Origin: an uncultured Fibrobacterota bacterium
GTDB taxonomy: Bacteria > Fibrobacterota > Chitinivibrionia > Chitinivibrionales > FEN-1185
Direction of reading: 5' to 3'
Length of the DNA: 64,000 nt
NCBI GenBank assembly: GCA_963729895.1
Contig: CAVSQB010000031.1
Coordinates: 1-64,000, forward strand
Shown here: positions 1 through 8,188 of the stretch, piece after piece
Layout: each line of letters starts with the position of its first letter
Position numbering within the stretch: position 1 is the stretch's first letter
Translations under genes and position numbers: made by a program
The notes under the pieces: generated by a model
Told to the model about the DNA's origin: nothing
Database searches by the model: none
The model's input: the letters and a program-made list of their open reading frames with translations, nothing else

Positions 1-2
1 AC

Positions 3-122
3 GCGCAATCCGAAGAGCTCGCTCGCCAGATCGCGGCGAAAATCCAGGACGACATGGAATACCCGGGCCAGATCAAGGTGACTATAATACGGGAGACGAG
101 GTTTACTGAATACGCTAAGTAA
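3..122 (+). CDS. rny: Ribonuclease Y, C-terminal end (partial)
   Basis: Manual translation [39 protein letters not shown] matches the [12 protein letters not shown]-terminus of RNase Y. Its usual neighbour ymdB follows after the island. Confidence 0.92.
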   Translation, partial: AQSEELARQIAAKIQDDMEYPGQIKVTIIRETRFTEYAK

Positions 123-150
123 TAATAGTTCATTTTATCAATAAGCCTTA

Positions 151-248
151 TCCGGGGGAGAAGTATCTCCCCCCGGCCGCGGCTTCCTCGTCCCGCCGAA
201 AGCGGGACTTCGGAATCCTCGGCACTCCCCTCTCCTGGGTGCACCCCG
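151..248. repeat. Palindromic REP-like element (family D)
   Basis: Stacked hairpins CCGGGGGAGA..TCTCCCCCGG and GTCCCGCC-GAAA-GCGGGAC. Similar to the reverse complement of ~28480-28566 (shared TCCTCGTCCCG..CGGGACT.CGG). Confidence 0.55.
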
Positions 249-277
249 AGGAAGGTTAGCTGCAAAAAACAAACATC

Positions 278-481
278 GGCTGTGGGGGCACCCACGAAGT
301 GCAGCTGTACGGTGAAGGTGTTAGACTTGTTGGGAATTAACCGCCTTTGATCTCTTTCACCGGGTGTTTCTAGTGTGCGCGCAGCAGGCGTTTCGGTCTC
401 GCCCTTAAAGGTACCTCGCCGCACACGCTCAGCAATCCAACATATTATTATTTGTATGTTGCCGCACCGGCTCGGCAAACC
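278..481 (+). repeat. Modular repeat family A, copy lacking left end (middle plus doubled right motifs)
   Basis: GGCTGTGGGGGCACCCACGAAGT, CCGGGTGTTTCTAGTGTGCGCGCAGCAGGCGTTTCGG and two GCCGCAC..GCTC(A/G)GCAA(T/A)CC motifs (418-440, 461-481). Homologous to 36419-37977 and, inverted, 63458-63797. Confidence 0.85.
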
Positions 482-977
482 GGAAACGTATTTAGAAGTC
501 TAACTATATCATGATCCCATCAATCCCCAAGCCGTTCCCCTACCCGGTCCCGGACGCCCTCAAACCCCAGGTCTCAGCCGCCACCTACCGCAAATGGCTT
601 AATGTCAAGGCCTCGTCCCTGCGTAAAAGGGACCTGCGGGTCGGGAAGCCGTTCGCAATGGCCACCCCGCGCCGCGTCTACATGCAAAAGCTCGATGAAG
701 CGGTGATCAAAACCGGGTTGTACGACCCGTACACGGGCAACGCGCTTCGCTGGGACCGGATTGGAAAATGGGACCCCGGGAAGGCGAAGGGAAACCCGGC
801 ATACAAACGGCAATTCGACCTGCTGCCGACCGCCGACCACATCGACCCGGACGCACGTGAGCTTGAGTTTGAAATATGTTCCTGGCTGTCAAACACGGCC
901 AAGTCGTTCCTATCGCCGCCGGAATTCCTGGCCCTGTGCAAACGGATCGCGGCGTACCGGCCCAACCGGACCATAAC

Positions 978-2804
978 GAGCCTGTAGAAAAACCCTGTTT
1001 TCAATAAAATCGGATTTCCCTTGTTCTCTGTCAAGTCAATTCGCGCTTTGTGCGGAAAGGTAAGAATGCAGGTTCAGAATTGTGGGGCGAGTGGCGTTTT
1101 TAGGTGAATCTGAGGCCTTGTGCGCCCTATAGTGAGGGACAAGCCGGCCCCCGGGCTCTTGCTAATGCCCATAGGAAGGCCCGAACCGGTAAATCTTGAA
1201 AATGTTGTGCACCATCGAGTACAGCTTCCATTGCGTATCGGCCTTTGTCCTGGTGCGCACGGTAATCCTATCGAGGCCGAGCGTCCGGCAGATGTTGGCG
1301 AACACCGGTTCCACCGTGCCCATTCGCCTGCTGTATATGTACCTGCCGAAGGCGGAGTCGAATTTCTCGATCATCCGTTTGGTATAGGCCCCCGTTGATC
1401 GTGGGCCGGATTGATCGAACTTCACCACCTGTCTGCGCTCCGTATGGTCAAGCCGCAAACATTTCTTCCGAATTTCACATGCAAGGCAGTCGGCTTTTCT
1501 CCCGGCATAGGCGATCCCGTGTTCGCCACGCGTCCCGACATAGTTCTTGTTCAACACGTAAAGCTTGTTGCCTGCAGGGCAGGTAAGCGTGCCGTCGGAT
1601 TCATTCAGGATAAAATCACTTGGGGTAAAGTAGTGCTTTGACCGTACCGGCGTCTTGTTGCGGTCAATCGGATTTTTGTGCCGGTCCGCATCCGCAAACT
1701 GCGGGTCGCGCTTGCGGAATTTATTGTCCGCAACGTACCCGTCCACTCCTTCTTCCGCAAGCATCTGCATGTTCGCTTCGCTATGAAAACCGCTGTCCGC
1801 AGTCACTTTCGCCTGAGTAAAAATGTCGGGCTCGCCTATGGCCTCAAAGTTCTCCCGCACACCGTCGATCATCGGCTTCAAAAGCGCGTTGTCCGTCCCC
1901 TCGCTGAATGCCTCGGCATGAACGATCACCTGGCGCTTTTCATCAACCGCCGCGGCGCCGTTGTAGCCCTGGATCACGCCGTGTGAGCTCGGCATCTTCG
2001 CGCTCTCGTTGTCCGTGATGTTGCTCTTCTTCGCCTGTCCCTTAGCCCCGCGCTTATCCTCGTTTTTCCGCATCCAACGGTTGATCTTGCGCACCTTCGA
2101 ACGAAGGTGGTTGATCGCCTTCCGTTCCTTCTTCCGTATGTCCTCGCCAAGTTCACGCTCATCGCACTCGCGGTGCTTGCGCAAAAGAAAACGAACCTGG
2201 TACTCTATCTTCTTCTTCCGCTTCTCGAAATCCTCGAGTGTGCCGCTCCACTCCTTGGCGCAGTTCGAAGACATCTTGCAGCCATCGATCGCAAACATTT
2301 GCCGGCTGATCAATCCCTCCTCCGCGCAATACAACAGGATGTCTCGGAACAGCGGCGTGATCTCCACATGCATCGACGAAATAAAATGTGCAATCGTCGT
2401 AAAATGCGGCTTCGTATCGGCCGAGAGTGCCATGAACATCACGTTCTCCTCGCAGCAGCGCGCTATGTCCCGGCTGTGCATGATGCCCCGGGAATACGCG
2501 TAGAGAACAATCTTCAGCATCACGCGCGGGTCGTACGCGGGCGCACCGGTCTCGTCGTTGGTAAACCGGCCCTCGAAAACAGAAAGGTCCAGCACATTAT
2601 CCACGATCTCGCTCAACGCGAACTCGAAACTGCCCGGAATGATCTGCTCGCGAAACGTGATGGGGATAAGCTTGCCTTGTTCGTAGGAATACTCTTTGTA
2701 GCGGGCCATCGGCCTTCCTTCCTGCTGAGTTTACAAATAATATAAGGAAAAAAGACCGGAATTTCAGGTAAAAGTGGCGGGAAAGGGACTTTTTCTACAG
2801 GCTC
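978..2804 (-). mobile_element. IS1182-family insertion sequence
   Basis: TIRs GAGCCTGTAGAAAAA (978-992) and TTTTTCTACAGGCTC (2790-2804). AAC duplicated at 975-977 and 2805-2807. Confidence 0.9.
1162..2709 (-). CDS. IS1182-family DDE transposase
   Basis: 515 aa; GAPAYDPRVMLKIVLYAY, AIDG, DNESAKM, TADSGF, RRMGTVEPVFANI motifs. Confidence 0.92.
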   Translation of the reverse strand: MARYKEYSYEQGKLIPITFREQIIPGSFEFALSEIVDNVLDLSVFEGRFTNDETGAPAYDPRVMLKIVLYAYSRGIMHSRDIARCCEENVMFMALSADTKPHFTTIAHFISSMHVEITPLFRDILLYCAEEGLISRQMFAIDGCKMSSNCAKEWSGTLEDFEKRKKKIEYQVRFLLRKHRECDERELGEDIRKKERKAINHLRSKVRKINRWMRKNEDKRGAKGQAKKSNITDNESAKMPSSHGVIQGYNGAAAVDEKRQVIVHAEAFSEGTDNALLKPMIDGVRENFEAIGEPDIFTQAKVTADSGFHSEANMQMLAEEGVDGYVADNKFRKRDPQFADADRHKNPIDRNKTPVRSKHYFTPSDFILNESDGTLTCPAGNKLYVLNKNYVGTRGEHGIAYAGRKADCLACEIRKKCLRLDHTERRQVVKFDQSGPRSTGAYTKRMIEKFDSAFGRYIYSRRMGTVEPVFANICRTLGLDRITVRTRTKADTQWKLYSMVHNIFKIYRFGPSYGH

Positions 2805-3285
2805 AACGCAGGCGCTAATCGCCCCCGTGTACGAGGTGCCGGCCTTTCTCATCGGCGTATGTTCGTGGGCCGCGTACCGCAAGTGGCTCGACACGCGCGC
2901 CAAACAGGAATACAAACGCGACCTCGCGCTCAAACGGCCGTGCGCCAGGGCCGGGTCAAAGTCCCTATACAAACAGGCGATTCACGCCGCGGTCGTCGCG
3001 GGCAACGGTATCGACCCGTTCACCGGCCAGGCGCTCCGGTGGGACCTCATCGAAACATGGGGAAATTTCCCGCCAAAAGACAGGGCAAACCATGAAAAAG
3101 AATTCTCCCTCCTTCCCACGGTCGATCATACCGACCCCTCTTCCCCGGTCATCGGCTTCGAGATCTGCTCCTGGCTCGTCAACGACTCCAAAGGCCAGTT
3201 GTCGGCCAAGGAGTATGTCGAGTTTTGCGGCCGGGTCGCGGCGCATGAAGGTAAATAAATTTCATATATGAATAATCAAATGCGT

Positions 3286-3460
3286 TTGGTTGGCTGAGCC
3301 GGAAATATGAATGCCTTAGCCCGCGCAATCCCCGCGACTTAGCGCGGGGTTCTTCAATAATAAAATGCTTTTGGATAGCAGTGCCGGGTGACCCCAAAGT
3401 GGGAGTTGCGGCGAGAATCCAATCTTGCGCTGTGGGGCACCCCCGAGGTATCGCTGTGCC
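3286..3460 (+). repeat. Repeat family A, doubled left motifs and middle segment
   Basis: TTGGTTGGCTGAGCCGG (3286-3302) and TTGGATAGCAGTGCCGGGTGACCCCAAAGTGGGAGTT (from 3371), then GCGAGAATC..GCTGTGGGGCACCC. Confidence 0.85.
3309..3360 (+). repeat. Short hairpin repeat (family E) nested between the two left motifs
   Basis: GAATGCCTTAGCCCGCGCAATCCCCGCGACTTAGCGCGGGGTTCTTCAA. Inverted homologues at ~15749-15794 and ~61871-61921. Confidence 0.7.
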
Positions 3461-3735
3461 GTTGACATCAGGGCGGTTTTGTTTTTCTTTCCCCATCAGC
3501 GCCGACCCCGAGGCCGGAGGATTTGGCCGCTCGCGCTGTCCGAGCCCGGCACTTTGGTACGTTGTATCCCTTGTCATGCCGGACGAGTTCGTGAGCGGCC
3601 CGACGGTCGAGGGATCAGGCGGCGCTGCCGGGCGGCGTCTTTTGCCTACTTTTCTTCGCTGTGGCTATACCCCCGAAAACTTGCTCATTTGAGAAGGGAG
3701 TTTTCCGAGTTATTTTAAACTAACTAGGAGGACTC

Positions 3736-3999
3736 ATGAAAGGCAAGCGCTACAGTGAAGAGCAGATTTTTCGGATCCTGCAAGAGGGCGACCGCGGAGC
3801 CAAAGTCGCTGATCTTTGTCGTCAATATGGTATTTCAGAGAACACGTACTTCCGTTGGAAGAGCAAATACAGCGGACTTGAGCTCTCTGATCTGAAAAGG
3901 ATGAAGGAGATCGAGGGCGAAAACAGCCGGCTCAAGCGGATTGTTGCAGACCAGGCACTTCAGATCGATGCAATGAAGGAAGTGCTGCAAAGAAAATAG
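3736..3999 (+). CDS. IS3-family transposase OrfA (HTH)
   Basis: MKGKRYSEEQI..CRQYGISENTYFRWKSKY..ENSRLKRIVADQAL; RBS AGGAGG upstream. Confidence 0.92.
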   Translation: MKGKRYSEEQIFRILQEGDRGAKVADLCRQYGISENTYFRWKSKYSGLELSDLKRMKEIEGENSRLKRIVADQALQIDAMKEVLQRK

Positions 4000-4476
4000 T
4001 GAAGCGTCCTCAGCGTAGGCTGACTGTGGACGCACTAATGCGGCAAGGCCTGAGTCAACGGAAAGCATGCGGACTTCTGGGTATGACACCGGCAGGGTAC
4101 CGCTATCGACCGCAGGAATCGGCTTTGAACAGCGAGTTGAAAACAAAAATGCATGAAACCATTTCATCGTTCCGTTCATGGGGCTTTCCGACGCTTTATT
4201 GGTATCTCCGCAACCTTGGGTACATAGTAAATCACAAACGTGTGCATCGGCTCTACAAGGAAGAATCGCTTCAGAAAAGCAAGCGGAGGAGGCGTCAGAA
4301 ACGCAATAGCCAACGGATGCCGTTGACGCTGCCGGATCGGCCAAGCCGTCGCTGGTCAATGGATTTCATATTCGACAGTACTTCCGACAAGCGCAAGCTG
4401 AAATGCCTGAATGTTGTCGATGACTGCACCCGTGAGGCTCTTGCAATCAAGGTAGCACGTTCTATTCCAGCACTAG

Positions 4477-5788
4477 CAGGGTGTTGAAAAAGTCTCCCTT
4501 TTGTAAACATTTATCCTTATATTATAGGGGAACCCCAACCAAGGAGTATTGATGAGAGGTTCCCAGCCAGCCCAAGGCGGTATGTTCAGCTTCGTTTCTC
4601 CGGATTCCCGAGTGCCGGCAACGCACCCGCTTCGTCGTGTCAAACAGTTTACGGACATAGCGCTGCGCCGCCTTTCTCGTGACTTTGAGGCGATGTACAG
4701 CCGGATGGGGCGCCCTTCGATACCGCCGGAATGGCTTTTGAAAGCACAGATATTGATGGCTTTGTTTTCGATACGGTCGGACCGGTTGTTTTGCGAGATG
4801 CTGGACTATAACATTCTGTTCCGATGGTTTCTTGACATGGATCTGGATGCGGCATCGTTTGATCATAGTGTGTTTTCGAAGAACCGAGATCGACTTATGG
4901 AACAGGAGATTGCGCACCGGCTGATGCAGGAAATCGTGCGTCTTGCTCGTTCCGAAGAGTTGTTGTCCGATGAGCATTTCACGGTTGACGGCACGTTGAT
5001 TGAAGCCTGGGCATCGATGAAGAGCTTCAAGCGAAAAGACGCGGAATCGGCGAACAAGACTGACGATGATCGGAGTAATCCGTCGGTTGATTTCCACCAT
5101 GAGAAGCGAAGCAATGAGACACATCAGAGTTCGACCGATCCAGAGGCGCTGTTGGCTCGGAAGAACAAGAGAACGGGAGCGCAGCTGGCGTATTCCGGTC
5201 ACGTGCTGATGGAAAACCGAAATGGGTTGTGTGTTGATATCGCCATTGCGCCAGCGACGGGGACAGCGGAACGGGATATGGCGCTTGAGCTGATAAAGCA
5301 TGAACGCAGGCGCGGAAAACGCCGGATGAAGACGGTGGGTGCAGACAAAGGGTATCATGCAACCGAATTTATCAAGAGCCTGCGACGCCTGCACGTGAAG
5401 CCTCACATTGCCGAGAAGGCCAACACTTCGCTTAAAGGGTTGGATGGAAGAACGACTCGGCATAAGGGATACAGCGTAAGTCAACGGAAACGAAAACGGG
5501 TTGAAGAGATATTTGGGTGGATCAAGAGCGTCGGTGGCCTGCGGAAAACTCGGGTAAGAGGAATACGAATCAACCAGACTGTTGCCTACGTGGTTGCCGC
5601 AGCGTACAACTTGATACGCATGGTTAAGTTGATGCCGCAAACGGTGGGGGCAGCATGAGAATGGCCTGGGAATCCGGGGAAATGCCTCGGAACGAGGCAG
5701 GTAAAACCTCTCTGACATATGTAAAGTTGAAGTTAGGTTCATAAAAAATCAACAAGAGCGCTTCTGTTAGGACTATTTCAACAACCTG
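4477..5788 (+). mobile_element. IS5-family element, copy 1 (1312 bp)
   Basis: TIRs CAGGGTGTTGAAAAAGTC and GACTATTTCAACAACCTG; CTAG duplicated at 4473-4476 and 5789-5792. Confidence 0.93.
4549..5658 (+). CDS. IS5-family transposase
   Basis: GRPSIPPE, FTVDGTLIEAWAS, GADKGY, RKRVEEIFGWIK motifs. Confidence 0.93.
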   Translation: MMRGSQPAQGGMFSFVSPDSRVPATHPLRRVKQFTDIALRRLSRDFEAMYSRMGRPSIPPEWLLKAQILMALFSIRSDRLFCEMLDYNILFRWFLDMDLDAASFDHSVFSKNRDRLMEQEIAHRLMQEIVRLARSEELLSDEHFTVDGTLIEAWASMKSFKRKDAESANKTDDDRSNPSVDFHHEKRSNETHQSSTDPEALLARKNKRTGAQLAYSGHVLMENRNGLCVDIAIAPATGTAERDMALELIKHERRRGKRRMKTVGADKGYHATEFIKSLRRLHVKPHIAEKANTSLKGLDGRTTRHKGYSVSQRKRKRVEEIFGWIKSVGGLRKTRVRGIRINQTVAYVVAAAYNLIRMVKLMPQTVGAA

Positions 5789-6175
5789 CTAGGAGTCTGC
5801 CAAGTTCTAGACCACCTGGTGGCCAGGTACGGAAAGCCGGAAGCTCTGTTGACTGATAACGGCCCGGAATTCCGGAGCAAAGAACTCATGCTCTGGGCAA
5901 TACGAAACCAGGTAAGGCAGGAATTCATTCAGCCCGGCAAGCCCAGCCAGAATGCTTTTGTAGAATCATTCAATTCGATATTCAGGGACCAATGCTTGAA
6001 TGAAAACTGGTTCATCTCATTAGAGGACGCAGAAAGAATAATCGAACATTGGAAGAACATTTACAACCGGATACGGCCACACGGATCACTAAAGGGGAAA
6101 ACACCTGAAGAATACAGAGGTCAATTCAAAGAGAAAACTCCCATTTCGACTGAGAAAGTAATTGGGGTATAGCCA

Positions 6176-6207
6176 CTACGTCTTGCTTTTGTCACACGTT
6201 GTGGTCA
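6176..6207 (+). other. 3' remnant of attC-like site, truncated by IS3
   Basis: CTACGTCTTGCTTTTGTCACACGTTGTGG resembles 7551-7578 (CCACGTCATACTTTGTCACACGTTGGGT). It ends in a GTT core just upstream of the TA genes. Confidence 0.45.
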
Positions 6208-6237
6208 AAACTTCCAGCAATAAATCTAAGAAAACAC

Positions 6238-6273
6238 TTGATTTAACTGTATCCAATTAGATACATTGTATAT
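6238..6273 (+). promoter_or_regulatory. TA promoter with palindromic operator (probably leaderless)
   Basis: TTGATT (6238) and TACATT (6262); palindrome TGTATC-N6-GATACA (6248-6265); ATG at 6274 with no SD. Confidence 0.55.
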
Positions 6274-6582
6274 ATGTATAAAATACAGAAAACTGACATT
6301 TTCGAAAAGTGGTTCACAAAGCTTCGCGATACCGGCGGAAAAGGGAAAATACTAGCACGATTGAAACGAGCCGAGCTTGGAAACCTTGGGGACAATAAAG
6401 CTCTCGGCGAACACTTGTTTGAAATGAGAATTGCTTACGGGCCTGGATATCGTCTGTATTTTTATCGCAAAGAAAATGTAAGAATTGTTATCACCAATGG
6501 TGGTGATAAATCAACGCAGGAAAAAGACATTCAAAAGGCGCGACACATTTTAAAAGAATTAGGAGTATGCTATGACAACTAA
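6274..6582 (+). CDS. RelE/ParE-superfamily toxin (addiction module killer, HigB-like)
   Basis: FEKWFTKLRD..RLKRAELGNLGD..LFEMRIAYGPGYRLYF..GGDKSTQEKDIQKA. Confidence 0.9.
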   Translation: MYKIQKTDIFEKWFTKLRDTGGKGKILARLKRAELGNLGDNKALGEHLFEMRIAYGPGYRLYFYRKENVRIVITNGGDKSTQEKDIQKARHILKELGVCYDN

Positions 6583-6985
6583 AGTATCAAATTTCGACGT
6601 GGCAGAATACCTTAACGATGAGGAATCAATTGCGGCTTATTTAAGTGCAATTGTCGAAGAAGGGGATCCAAAACTTTTGCTGGCGGCAATTAGCGATATC
6701 GCAAAGGCCCGCGGAATGTCTAAAATCGCCTCTGATTCTGGATTAGGCCGAGAAAGCTTATACAAAGCATTAAGTCCGGATGCAAAGCCGAGATTTGACA
6801 CAATATTAAGAGTTCTTAATTCATTAGGATTACAAATGGGTTTCAACTCAATTACCTTAAAGAAAAATACAATCTCACGAACATTATATTTGCATTCGAG
6901 GAAAAGCAAAACAAAAAGGACTTCACAACGTAGCCGTCCTGGCTCGGCTGCAATGAAACATACTGGCACTAAAACAAGAAGCTAA
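6572..6985 (+). CDS. Addiction module antidote (HTH antitoxin) with basic C-terminal tail
   Basis: FDVAEYL..IAAYL..DIAKARGMSKIA..GLGRESLYKALS..PRFDTILRVL; overlaps the toxin stop. Confidence 0.9.
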   Translation: MTTKVSNFDVAEYLNDEESIAAYLSAIVEEGDPKLLLAAISDIAKARGMSKIASDSGLGRESLYKALSPDAKPRFDTILRVLNSLGLQMGFNSITLKKNTISRTLYLHSRKSKTKRTSQRSRPGSAAMKHTGTKTRS

Positions 6986-6998
6986 TTTGCTTGCAGTT

Positions 6999-7096
6999 CA
7001 GCCCACAACAGCCAAAGGGATGCCAAAACCGCACAAAAATCGCCTCGTGTTTACGGCACTCATCGAAATTGTAGGCGGTTTCGGCACGTTGGCTGC
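6999..7096 (+). other. attC-like cassette recombination site
   Basis: Starts CAGCCCACAAC just after the antitoxin stop and ends CGTTGGCTGC. Internal arms TGCCAAAACCGC / GCGGTTTCGGCA pair. Confidence 0.55.
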
Positions 7097-7150
7097 AAAA
7101 TGATTTGGCCATGTAGGTCGATGCGGGGCAAAATCAAGATTTTAATTGTA

Positions 7151-7250
7151 TGTTATTACTCCGGCAATTAAATAGGCACAAGACAAAGGTCGGTTTCTAT
7201 AGTAAAAACACTCGACAATTTGCGCATATTTAGTTGCCGGATTAATAATA
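7151..7250. mobile_element. ~100-bp MITE-like element / internally deleted IS
   Basis: 31-bp imperfect IRs TGTTATTACTCCGGCAATTAAATAGGCACAA and TTGCGCATATTTAGTTGCCGGATTAATAATA; AATTGTA near both flanks. Confidence 0.55.
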
Positions 7251-7489
7251 CCGCACAATTGTATGGTATAGGCATACAAAAGGACTGCAATGAATATTCT
7301 CGCCGAAATTTTATCCTCAAGAGTACATGCTGAAATCTTTCGATTCTCTTTGGAACCGGTGCGCAGAAATATCATTTGAGGGAAATCCAACGTCGTTCGA
7401 AATTGGCAATCGGAACTGTCCAGCAAGAGACAACAAAACTGGAAAAATTGGAATTAATAATCAGGCAACAGGACGGCAACCGCACCTAG

Positions 7490-7580
7490 TGTCATGTCGC
7501 TTGGCTTCGACAGGCTCAGCCACCAACTCCGTCACGTTTTCTAACGCCGGCCACGTCATACTTTGTCACACGTTGGGTAA
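7490..7580 (+). other. attC-like site, 3' part (with CTTCGACAGGCTCAG REP motif)
   Basis: CTAACG..CCACGTC..CACACGTTGGGT ending shared with 6176-6207; 5' core not located. Confidence 0.35.
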
Positions 7581-7781
7581 ATTTGTGCACCCCAAGAACG
7601 CCGCGCGGAAATTCAAAGTAAAGCAAAATTGAATTTAAGACGGGCGGGGGCGGAAAACAAATTTCAAAAAGATGCGGCACGGGAAGAGAAAATCAATCTT
7701 GCGCCGGAAAGAGCCGCCCCGTCGTGGTGCGGCTAAAAAAACAGCTTGCAAAATTTCATAAAATCGGTTATATTTTACTAT

Positions 7782-8126
7782 ATGACCAAACAAGCAATTA
7801 TAGCCGATAGAAATTCAACCGTTCGTCGCTGTGAAGGCCGAGCGGCGGTTTTCAAAGCGCTTGCTCATGCAACGCGTATCCGAATCGTCGAGGCGCTGGC
7901 GGAACGAGAGCACTGCGTTTGCGAACTGGTTGAACTCGTGGGAGATGATCCATCGACGATTTCAAAACATTTGACCATAATGAAATCAGCGGGAATTGTC
8001 ACCAGCGACAGGCGAGGAACATCGGTTTTTTACAATCTCAAGATGAAGTGCGTGCCGGGATTTATGGAGTGCGTGGACAAGGCGCTGGTAGCATCGGCCC
8101 GTGAACAACTAGGCGTTGCAGGCTGA
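7782..8126 (+). CDS. ArsR/SmtB-family repressor
   Basis: FKALAHATRIRIVEAL..EHCVCELV..STISKHL. TTGCAA-17bp-TATATT promoter ends 7 nt before the ATG (leaderless-like). Confidence 0.9.
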   Translation: MTKQAIIADRNSTVRRCEGRAAVFKALAHATRIRIVEALAEREHCVCELVELVGDDPSTISKHLTIMKSAGIVTSDRRGTSVFYNLKMKCVPGFMECVDKALVASAREQLGVAG

Positions 8127-8188
8127 TTTTTTTTGGCATAATTGTGGCTATTTGGGCAAATAAGCATAAATAAAACACAAAGATTCTC

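Larger units (their letters stand above)
511..3258 (+). pseudogene. Tandem two-domain HNH/His-Me-like nuclease (~305 aa), interrupted by IS1182
   Basis: 511-987 and 2827-3258 are paralogous (YRKWL..KRDL..DP(Y/F)TG.ALRWD..LLPT.DH.DP..FEICSWL.N..K). Removing 978-2807 joins them in frame (..NRTITQALIAPVYEV..). Confidence 0.8.
3999..6172 (+). pseudogene. IS3-family OrfB (rve/DDE), split by IS5 insertion
   Basis: 3999-4476 plus 5793-6172 rejoin in frame: WSMDF..LNVVDDCTRE..IPALGVCQVLDHLVARYGKPEALLTDNGPEF..QNAFVESFN. Confidence 0.9.
3662..6175 (+). mobile_element. IS3-family (IS407-like) element, interrupted by IS5
   Basis: TIRs TGGCTATACCCC.. and ..GGGGTATAGCCA with TG..CA ends; orfA/orfB arrangement; no perfect target duplication. 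Confidence 0.9.

Noticed and set aside
511..987. IscB/HEARO or Cas9-like RNA-guided nuclease
   Set aside because: No RuvC motifs, PLMP start or bridge helix visible; RNA guidance cannot be supported from sequence.
4522..5742. 406-aa antisense ORF across the IS5 transposase (also 36616-37836)
   Set aside because: Exactly codon-aligned to the transposase. It stays open simply because TTA/CTA/TCA codons are unused, and it has no recognisable motifs.
7142..7632. ORFs 7142-7426 (-) and 7327-7632 (+)
   Set aside because: They cross the MITE-like and attC-like sequences and have no recognisable protein features.
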